Source: Girardia tigrina (Eukaryota). From it: DNA of 50,086 bases. The notes under the pieces are model-generated. The model made no database searches, was not told the DNA's origin, and saw only the letters and a program-made list of their open reading frames with translations. This document shows positions 40,635 to 50,086 of this stretch, piece after piece. The position numbers and the translations under genes were made by a program. The stretch covers positions 1 through 50,086 of the forward strand of contig MQRK01212777.1 in assembly GCA_001938485.1 (NCBI GenBank). Reading direction: 5' to 3'. Each line of letters begins with the position of its first letter. Position 1 is the first letter of the stretch.

Positions 40635-40941
40635 TAATTAATTAAAGTTTTATAATTATGAATTTTAATAATATTTTTAGTAAACGATTTTAACTTATTA
40701 AATTTAATATATTTTAAAAATTAATGTTTATTTAAAAAAAATTACGTAATGTCTTTTTATCCAATAAAATTTAAGAAATTAAAAATTAATATTAAAAAAT
40801 TTCCCATTCATTGTTTTTTAGATTTGAATACATAAACAAAAACTATATCAATCAAAGAAAGATGCTCTTTGAAAATTGTTGTGAAGAATCGGTTTGTGTT
40901 GTCAATAAATGTTTACATTCAAATTGTGATGTTGTTAATAC
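40635..40941 (+). repeat. Dispersed direct duplication, copy 2 (partner 1-305)
   Basis: Same match; this copy has ttttag before FEYINKNY and ACA|gtattt after DVVNT, which resemble splice sites. Confidence 0.9.
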
Positions 40942-42537
40942 AGTATTTAGCCTATTTTTTTATTTACAGTTGATTAACTATCATCTAACATTTAAGACTA
41001 AACATTGCTACGTGTAAATTATTATTACTATTAAAAGTCTAAAAGCACAACACTATTCATGACTTAAAAATCGGTTAGTTTTTCCGCCGGGTCACATGCT
41101 GATATCCCTCGTTTCATTCTCTTCATTTGATTTTTCGAAAAAAATGAATATCCTGAACCTAATCAATTTCGGTCAGGTTCGCTGTAAAAAAGGTTTTGAT
41201 CTCATAGTCCCAGTGGTGCAAATATTTTATCCATCACAGTGAAAACTTCATTTGAATAGTTCGTTGGAATTTGATATTTTTAAAATATAATATCACTTAT
41301 ATAAAGTTGACATTATATTATAACGCAGTTTTCACCGTCATTTACATGACTCTGGTGAAATACTTGCTTCGAGGGAAGAGGAGACTAGGAACTTTTTTGA
41401 TACTTGTCATGACTGGAACTGGTGAGGTTCTGAATATCAGGGTTTTTTTCTGAAAATAGAATTTAAAAATATAAATGAACGACGGAAAGCAGAGTATTAC
41501 ACGACAGAAGAACTGTCATCGTGTATCTAACATGCCGATAGTCACTCGGTTCCAATCAGGTGTCGGGATCTCGGTAAAACCATAAAATATTAGAAAAGTA
41601 CAAAATCGATGAATATTTTAGAAACATCACTGAGAAGCGTTGAAATGACTATTGAATATTGTAATCGAGAATGATCTCATATACAAAAGTTCAGTTCGCA
41701 ATAACATCAGAAAGGTCGAAAATTTGATTACAAGATTTGAAGAGTTACATGCGAAGTGAATAAATATAAATGTTGTAAAAAGTAAAACTAGGATAAATTT
41801 TAACAATTGTAATTTCTGATTATATTGATGATACAATCTAGAGTTTTATCATTACATTAATAGAAATTCAGAGTGTTGGTTGAATGTGTCTCAAAACAGA
41901 GCTAAAAAATAACGCGTCAAAAGAAAAATTAATAAAGATTTTTTTATGTTAAATATAATGAGAATCTTAGACATTTTAATTAGTAAGTATAACACAATAT
42001 CGATGATTCAGGATAAGAAATTACCAAGTTATAAATCTTTACTCATGAAAATAAACAGAACTATTACTTTTCAATTCTTCTGGTTAACTATTACTAAAGA
42101 TTGTTACATCATTGTTATCGTATTTTATTGGATATTGATATGCTGCCATCCATCGTTCATCTCTTTTTTAATTCTTTTTAGAACATTATACACCAGTTAT
42201 CATTTCAGTGTGTCAATTTCTCAATTAGAAGTGGCAGTGGCATATAGAAATGAGTAATTATGACTTATTATCATTATGAGTAGGTTAGATTACATGTACA
42301 ATGCATTTATAATGTAAGATTATTTTTACTTATAATAATTAATTATAATTTGTATATTTTAATATTAATTCATATTTATTTATGATAAATTAAAAATATA
42401 GCATAAACATTATATATATATATTGCTGTGATCAAATTTTTTTCTTGCTTTTGCATGGCTTCATTTTCCATGCATAATAACTCCAGCTAATATGAAATTA
42501 CAAGCCAAAAATAAGCAGCGTCTGCGGAACTGCTTAT

Positions 42538-42825
42538 TCACAATTTTGAATAATTCATATAAATCATTAGGGTGACCAAAAGTTCTTTCGGATATTTTGT
42601 CATTCTAAAATAAATATATTTTATATGCAGTATTAGATAATATTTTAAAAGTCGGCNNNNNNNNNNNNNNNNNNNNNNNNNNNNNNNNNNNNNNNNNNNN
42701 NNNNNNGCCGACTTTTAAAATATTATCTAATACTGCATATAAAATATATTTATTTTAGAATGACAAAATATCCGAAAGAACTTTTGGTCACCCTAATGAT
42801 TTATATGAATTATTCAAAATTGTGA
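42538..42825. repeat. Perfect 119-bp inverted repeat flanking an N-gap, containing a mariner-like TIR motif
   Basis: 42538-42656 is the reverse complement of 42707-42825; includes ttagggtgaccaaaagttctttcgg. Confidence 0.8.
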
Positions 42826-44508
42826 GTGAAACTTAAATTCAAATATTTTAGAATTTAAATATAAATTATAATTAAGATTTTAAAATTAAAACAGAAACTT
42901 TCAAAGAAGAAAATTCAGCTCTTCCGTCATATATGACGGGTCTTTTTCTAGTTTATTGATAAAACAGTAATCATTTAATCTCCAAGAATGTCATTCGTAA
43001 GAATACAGGAGGCAAAAAGGTTATATTTTATTTGCCAATACATTTCAAAATTTTCATTTGCCTTAAATCGTCTTCAAATCTATTGTCTTATCTTTTAAAT
43101 AAATAGCAAATTTAAAAACAGAAAAACCATATTAAAATTTTTGTGTATAATCGACTATTTACGATTTTTACAAATTTTATTATTGTTTGACATTTGATTA
43201 ATTTTTTTCTACCTTTGGTTACTTCTAACTTAAAATGTTGTCAACTCTAAATATAAATGTGACCAAATATGATTGATCAATCAATTTTTAAAAATAAAAG
43301 TTTTATATATTTATATTATGGTGTTATTGTTGAAATAGCCTACTATTTTTACTCATCATAATATTCTTATTTATTTCTATTCACATTAAAAATATTAATT
43401 ATTTATTTAATAAAATATTTATTTTGAAAAAAAAATCGTCTTTCGTCATTATTTCGAATAATTTTTTTGGAGCTTTTTTTGGTAAAACTAATTATTCTTT
43501 TAATAAATAAATTCATTTTTTATAGTTTTGTTATAAGATTTTTGAAATTTTTTAATATGTTTGTGATGTTTTGATATTTTTTTGAAAAATATGAAAAATT
43601 AAATGCAAAACTTAAACTTAATTATTCTTTTATTAAATGAAATTTCTTTTAAACATGGCAACACGAAGTCTTACATGTTTCGTTAATTTGTTAGTGTAAA
43701 GTTATGTATTTGTGCAGTAGGTATGTGTGTGCATGCAGTATGTATGCTTCAATATTAAATTCATAATCATTGAGCATTCTTTAATTAAATGAAATTATTT
43801 TGATTATTCCTATCTGTGATTGACTAGAATTTTGTAAGGTAGATTCAATTAATATAAATTATTTTAATTAATGGGACTATTCTCTAAATAAACGGGAAAG
43901 ACAGTACACAATCAAATTAAAATACACAACTAAAAACCCTTAATTCTTTTAACATTTAATAAGGGCAATTAATGTTTAAATATGGCAATTTGACACTATT
44001 TCATACTACACCAAACCTAGAAGTCTTTATTTTTTTACTTTGCTAATATTTTTAAAATAAGTTCTCATTATTTTTCATAGAGAAAAATAATTATATATAT
44101 TTATATATATTATATAATCATTAACTTTACTGACCTATTTTATGTATATTTTTAAATTAAATTTGTTGTCTCATTTTTTTAAAGTTATTTTTTCATTTGT
44201 TCTTATATTTACATAGAAAAATTGATTGAAAATAATTTACAAAACAGAAAAAAATAATTATAAAAAATTATTCAGTTTTAAATATAAAAATTTTAAATAT
44301 ATATAAAATATATTAACCATACCCGGTTAATTTTTAAACATTTATTTCCATATGAAATCGTAGTACGAATATTTTCTAATGATTACACAATCAATAAATA
44401 TATATATTTCCTTAGGATTAGGTTACTTAAAAAAATATAAATAAATTTTTAAAATATTTTTCTGGAATATTTTAAAATTTTTATATTGTGGTATTTTTAT
44501 ATTTACTT

Positions 44509-45365
44509 GGACCCATACACAATTACGCCCAAAAAATTTTCTTGTTATGATAATTGTACGGAAAAATTTTATTTCTTTATTTATTTGAAAAGAAATAAAC
44601 AGAAACCATTAAAAAAACTAAATAATGTAATAAAATTTTTTAAACGCACGATTCCATTTAATAATTGTAAATAGGTGTTTTTATACATTTTTAAAAACAG
44701 TAAAAATATTACCTTGATTAATAATTGCAAATAGAATATTCAAATGAATAAAATCTAAAAATTTGAACGGTATTTTACTTTGTTCGGATATATACCTATT
44801 TAAAAGTTTACAGGTGTCTGAAAAAGACATTTATTGTTTTTATTATTTAATGTGTGACCCAAAAATGCTCTACACCAAAACTAGAAGTCTTTAATTTGTT
44901 TTCTTTGCTAATATTTTTAAAATAAGTTCTCATTATTTTTTATAGAGAAAAGGTTTTGAAAAAATAATTTATATATATATATAATCATTACATAATCAAT
45001 TATTTAATCATTGCATAATCATTAACTTCACTGACCTATAGGCATATTTAAATAGGCTTTTAAATAGGCTCACTTTTAAATAGGCATATATCCGAACAAA
45101 GTAAAATACCGTTCAATTTTTTAGATTTTATTCATTTGAATATACGTTTGCATATACGTTTTTGAAATTTTTTTTATTATTAATTCGTTAATACTAAAAA
45201 TATTTTTGAAATATAAATTCAATAAATGTTTTTGAAAATAATTCGGTTGAGGGTTTGTATAATGCATTTCAGTCATCTGTTGCTTGTCATCGTCCTACCA
45301 TTTACACATTGATCAATCACTTCCGTCGTGCACAGGACTTAACAGAGCAAACTCGTACAGAGCAA
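44509..45365 (+). mobile_element. Rearranged MULE remnant with ~80-bp inverted repeats and a transposase C-terminal fragment
   Basis: 44727-44806 is inverted at ~45072-45150; NNSVEGLYNAFQSSVACHRPTI at ~45235-45300 resembles the TNN.EGWHN..HP MULE motif. Confidence 0.55.
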
Positions 45366-45679
45366 ATAGTCGTATATTTAGTGGAATTTCTACTCAAACA
45401 ACCAGCAGGCGCGTACTCAGAAAAATATTTCAGGGGACGGGGGAATATAATATTATGTAATATAATTTTTTATTGTTTTTCAAATTTAGAACAATTAAAA
45501 TTATTTAGCATTAAAATGTTGAAATTCATATCAGCAATGAAATACCACATTAAAAACCTTTTAGAAGAAATATAATTACATACATTTATAAAAGAATTAT
45601 AGAAGCATAAGTCTACTTGGGTTCTTCACTAAAGTATCTATATCTTTGTAAGTCTCAAAGGAAGCACTTAATTCCTGGT

Positions 45680-45857
45680 GTATGTGTGTTAAGGGGTAGA
45701 AAATATTATTACATATATTTTCTATTCTCAAATGGACATTTGAGTAAGTATGTTTTTTAAATTAACATTTTGATTGGTTAAATTTTATTATTCTTTCATT
45801 TTTAGACATGGATTTATTATCAAATGGATTCATGTTATTATTAAACGGACCTAACTA
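45680..45857 (-). mobile_element. Terminal segment of the Tc1-like family seen at 12007 (a shorter copy lies at 47310-47385)
   Basis: The reverse complement matches ~12007-12200; ends next to TA. Confidence 0.75.
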
Positions 45858-46211
45858 TACTTTTATTATATGGTTTTCTTTAGAAAAAATTATATGGTTT
45901 TTTTAGAAAAAATTATATGGTTTTGTTTAGAAAAAATTAAAAACATTTGTATATTTTAATTTTAAATGCCCTTAATGAATGTAAAAACAAGTGTATGTGT
46001 GAGGGGTTTGTTTGATAATTAATGTGTGTTGATTGAAATTTGTTGAGTATATTGTTCTCTCCCGTTCAATGTAATTATTAACACGATGATCTTAATTTGA
46101 ATTATTAAATGATAAAATTAATATATGACAAATAAATATATTTCTTTTAATATTCAGATTTTCGGCGAATATTTAAATTAAGCGTGATTGTATATTCTTG
46201 TTCTTGAATAA

Positions 46212-47310
46212 ATGTTTTCAAAAGAAGAGTCATGTTTTCTTGATAAACAGACCGAAACGTGCGGAGTAATTAACATGGCGACCACTCCTACAATGAACCT
46301 GACAATCAAAGGACCCGATATTTTCGATGGGGATAATTCTCGTCTGGAAACATTAATTAAAGATTTCGATCGATATTCCCAATTTATGGAGATTGCTGAA
46401 ACAAGGAAGATTCTTATGGTAACTTTATTTTTAACGACTGAAGCAATCGAAAAATATGAAGCGGCCACAGGTAAAACCTATGTCGACAAACTCAGAGCAG
46501 CCTTTGCCAAAAAGAAAAATATTTTGGATATAATGTCTGAAATTATCAATCTTAAAATTGGTACTGAAGATCCAGTGAAGATGTTCAAAATTGCTGATGA
46601 ATTGATCGACCAATTGACTTCCAAAAAAATCAATAAAGTGAAGCTCTCAAATCTGGTTTATTTAAATATGGTTGACAACTACGACGTGAAAAAAAGAGAT
46701 TATTCTTCGAGGGAATCCCGAAGTTACTGATATCAAGGAAATCGTTGGCAAATTGGAAAAATTAAAGAAAATAGAAGAAACTCTTCCATTTGCAGCTTTC
46801 AATGCACCAAAGACCAGAAATATCAATCATCAAGACAACTGGAAGACTGTAGATTACCGTAAGAGACCAAATAGATCTCAATATTATCAACAAGACCAAA
46901 ATTAACACCCAAAAAGAAAATATGCGACCAACGAGTCAAAACAACTCCTATAACCGAAATCAACAATTCAAAAAGCCAGTTATTATATGCTGGGCATGTA
47001 ATGAAGAAGGGCACATGCGGAGAGACTGCCCAAAGGTAAGATGTTCATTTTGCAACAAGAAAGGCCACTATCGGACACAATGCTACGAAAATTATCAACG
47101 ATTCAATGAAAGACAGAAATATTTGGTACAAAATCACCGGTATGACCGGGGAAACCGATATCAAATGGCAGAGATTCATGAAATGAATGAATATTGTCGC
47201 AGCTCGAAGGATGACGAATTTTAAGTTTATAGAGGTAAGACATATAACAGAAAAAAGAAGACTGAAGAAAGCTCGGGAAACGAGGACGCACGGTCACTGG
47301 GAGAGGTAAA
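46212..47310 (+). mobile_element. Retrotransposon gag-like pseudogene with two CCHC zinc knuckles
   Basis: PDIFDGD N-terminus; CWACNEEGHMRRDC and CSFCNKKGHYRTQC; two frameshifts and a stop; in-phase G GGA AAC slippery heptamer at 47275-47281; pol absent. Confidence 0.85.
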
Positions 47311-47385
47311 TTTTATTTTTCTTTCAATTTTAGATATGGATTTATTATCAAATGGATACATTATATAATTGAATGAACCTCACTG

Positions 47386-47683
47386 TATAAATTTAATTGT
47401 CACGGTGTGAAAACTCGTACATCGGAGAGACAAATCGTCATCTCAAAACCCCGATTAGCGAGCACTCGCAAATTAGTCGATCGAGTAAGGTTTTTGATCA
47501 TTGGTTATGTTGTAAGGATAGAACCTCATCCATTTCAAAAGATGAGTTTTCTGTTCTACAAAAAAGTTTTGATTCATATTACGAACAACAGTTTTGTGAA
47601 TCTCTACTAATAAGACACTACAACCCATCAATTAACATTTAGAATGGTCAAAGTAAGGTTATTTCAATACTTAAAATTTTTAA
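47386..47683 (+). mobile_element. Penelope-like element GIY-YIG endonuclease fragment (3' end of ORF)
   Basis: YKFNC..CENSYIGETNRHLKT.ISEH...HW..C...F.VL...ESLLIRHYNPSIN is the PLE GIY-YIG pattern; a hammerhead motif follows. Confidence 0.88.
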
Positions 47684-47791
47684 TTAAAATATTTTTGCCA
47701 TTATTACCCAATAATACTTTGATAAATAATAATAATTAATCCCTAATATACCTTTTAAAGTTAATGTGTATCTATTAAAATTGTTTTCAAA

Positions 47792-47831
47792 TTGCTGATG
47801 ATGATGTATGTAAACATCGAAACATGTCCAA
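47792..47831 (+). ncRNA. Minimal type I hammerhead ribozyme in the 3' region of the Penelope-like element
   Basis: TTG-CTGATGA-T-GATGT-atgtaa-ACATC-GAAA-CATG-TC-CAA; full core, 5-bp stem II, palindromic stem III ACATGT, ~110 nt after the GIY-YIG ORF end. Confidence 0.85.
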
Positions 47832-47896
47832 CAATTATATAAAAAGGCTTTAATCAAATTATATTTTCGAAATACTAAAATTGCGTTCACAAGACT

Positions 47897-47932
<36 letters not shown>

Positions 47933-47982
47933 NNNNNNNNNNNNNNNNNNNNNNNNNNNNNNNNNNNNNNNNNNNNNNNNNN

Positions 47983-49289
47983 TCGACACAAGACAATTCG
48001 ACACAAATTTTTTAATTCGACACATTTTTTAATTCGACATATTTTTAATTCATTTCGACACAAATTTTTTAATTCGACACATTATTTTAATGGGACAAAT
48101 ACTTATTTCGACATTTTAAAATTTCGATTAGTTTTTTTTTAATTCAACACTTTTATTTAATTCGACCAATAACTAAAATGAAATATTTTCATTATTACTA
48201 TACATATTTTGAAACTCGACATTTTCAATAACTATATNNNNNNNNNNNNNNNNNNNNNNNNNNNNNNNNNNNNNNNNNNNNNNNNNNNNNNNNNNNNNNN
48301 NNNNNNNNNNNNNNNNNNNNNNNNNNNNNNNNNNNNNNNNNNNNTGTATTTAATATAAAAATATCAATTTAATATGAAAAAAATATTAATTTAATATGAA
48401 AAAAATCAATAAGACCCAAATTTTTTAATTCCACACATTTATTAATTCAACACAGCAAAAGTTCATTGTTAACATTTTATTCATTGCAAATTAACTAGCC
48501 AACGTAAGTATTTCAGTTTTTCATCATTCGATGCATTCAAATTGTATTCTTGCACAGCCATTGCAATAGCCTCACTCAATTATACATATTTTTTCTTTAC
48601 AACCACAGGGCGACCTGACAGAGCATTTGCTAAAGTCAGTCTGTGACAAGCTATATCTCTTCCAAGTCCATCAAGCAAGGTCCAAACACTGGGGTGGCTG
48701 CATTGAAATATAGCATTAAGAGCATTGTGGAAACCTTCACAATAATTTGTAGTTTTTGGTGTCTGCTCACCAGCAGAATCGAAATGGCTCCAGCATTTTA
48801 TTGGAAACTGAGGAGTTCTACCAAGAGCACCCTCAATATAAGTTGATAAGAAATATGTGAGAATTGATTTTTTTCATATTAAAATGATATTTTATATTAA
48901 ATACATATTTTTCATAGTAAATACATATTTTTTCATAAAAATTGATTTTTTTCATATTAAATACAGAAAAACTTATTAGTCTAACCAAAAATATAGTTAC
49001 TGAAAATGTCGAGTTTCAAAAAATGTATAGTAATAATGAAAATATTTCATTTCGGTTATTGGTCGAATTAAAAAAAAGTGTTGAATTAAAAAAAAACTAA
49101 TCGAAATTTAAAAATGTCGAAATAAAATATTTGTCCCATTAAAAAAATGTGTCGAATTAAAAAATTTGTGTCGAAATGAATTAAAAATATGTCGAATTAA
49201 AAAATGTGTCGAATTAAAAAATTTGTGTCGAATTGTCGTATGTCGAATTGTCTGTGTCGAATTGTCGTGTGTCGAATTGTCATGGAACC
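47983..49289 (-). mobile_element. Foldback-like MULE with ~400-bp TIRs made of gtcgaatt sub-repeats, flanked by (TA)n
   Basis: 47983-48410 is inverted relative to ~48865-49245; internal 48480-48860 is homologous to the MULE 3' end at 9700-10075; terminus ggttccatgacaattcg resembles the TIR at 10650. The left end is hidden in a gap. Confidence 0.85.
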
Positions 49290-49933
49290 ATATATATATA
49301 TATATATTCCCTTAATGAATGTTGTTGGGTTCTTGATCAATATTAGAATTCATTAACACTAAAAATTTATTAATAACACAATTAACAATTATTCAAACAA
49401 TTTTTAGTTAACAATTTTTGTTGTAATAAAAATTGTTTTTAATAAAAAAATTTTGTAGAGTAACTTTTCTATCGTTTTCTTTATGACCAGATTCTTATAT
49501 AAAAATATGAAATTATAAATATAAATAAACTGATAAGTGATTTTAAGATTGAAAATTTACATTCCTTATTTTTAAATTAAAACCAACAAAATTTTGTTGT
49601 CATATTTTTACTAAATTAACCATAATGATTTTTTATTATTTTAGAATTAGTTTAATGTTATTTCTTTTTTTGTGAAACATTTCTAATTAATAAAGATTTT
49701 AACGTTTTATTTTTTTTCAATATTTAAAAATTTTATTATTAATATTTAAAAGCATTTTTACCTACAATTATTTTAAATACCAACAAATAATTTAGAGTAT
49801 TTTACAGTAATTTACAAATTTTATTATTATTACGATACGTTAATAATAAAAGTCTTAATTAAATTTCTTTTACAAAACTATTTAGAATAATTTTTAAAAT
49901 TATTACAACCTATTTTATCCTTGTATTTATATA

Positions 49934-50086
49934 CAGTAGCGCTCAAAAATAACCGGACGAAGTGAACATTGGCTATATCTCTTGAATGGTATTAAATATA
50001 TTAATGAAATTTTGCCAAAATGTGTAGCTTAACAGTTTGATATCTTTCATAAAAAATTAAATTATTGATAAATCAATAAATTCTTT
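49934..50086. mobile_element. Possible start of a Tc1/mariner-type element running off the window
   Basis: TA+cagtagcgctcaaaaataaccggac is a typical Tc1-like terminus; no partner is visible. Confidence 0.4.

Noticed and set aside
42538-42825. Perfect palindrome as a biological hairpin
   Set aside because: It is centred on a gap, and the inversion extends ~29 bp beyond the mariner-like TIR with no TSD; an assembly artifact cannot be excluded.
39981-44674. Short I/L/F/K/N-rich ORFs in the ORF track (e.g. 39981, 41271, 41627, 41946, 44486; likewise 3293, 14197, 33767)
   Set aside because: Their composition is what chance ORFs in very AT-rich DNA look like, and they contain no motifs.
47262-47290. 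CTGAAGA...GAAAC inside the gag tail
   Set aside because: No stem II pairing or UH site; explained by coding sequence and the slippery site.
47983-49289. gtcgaatt arrays (and the 5815-6100 array) as CRISPR-like repeats
   Set aside because: No constant repeat with unique spacers, no cas genes and a eukaryotic context; explained by modular TIRs or satellite DNA.
1-50086. Alternative genetic code (stop reassignment) to explain the many in-frame stops
   Set aside because: All three stop types occur alongside frameshifts in clearly decayed elements, consistent with neutral decay.

Overview
Very AT-rich eukaryotic genomic DNA (probably an invertebrate; the taxon cannot be fixed from this window) with five N-gaps. 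I found no intact protein-coding gene and no tRNA, rRNA or CRISPR array. The window is mostly decayed transposable elements. DNA transposons: mariner, Tc1, maT-like, several Mutator-like elements, a full-length intron-containing piggyBac and three TTAA-flanked MITEs. Retroelements: Ty3/gypsy gag/pol remnants, a Penelope-like GIY-YIG fragment and a probable tRNA-derived SINE. Host-derived relics are a frameshifted intronless SBDS pseudogene, two CpG-rich pseudo-ORFs with weak WD40-like character, and two dispersed duplications. The most notable non-ORF signal is three sequence-distinct minimal hammerhead ribozyme motifs of the Penelope type (22415-22451 minus, 32290-32324 plus, 47792-47831 plus). 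All family assignments come from motif recognition by eye, not database searches. I see no convincing evidence of a wholly new biological system.
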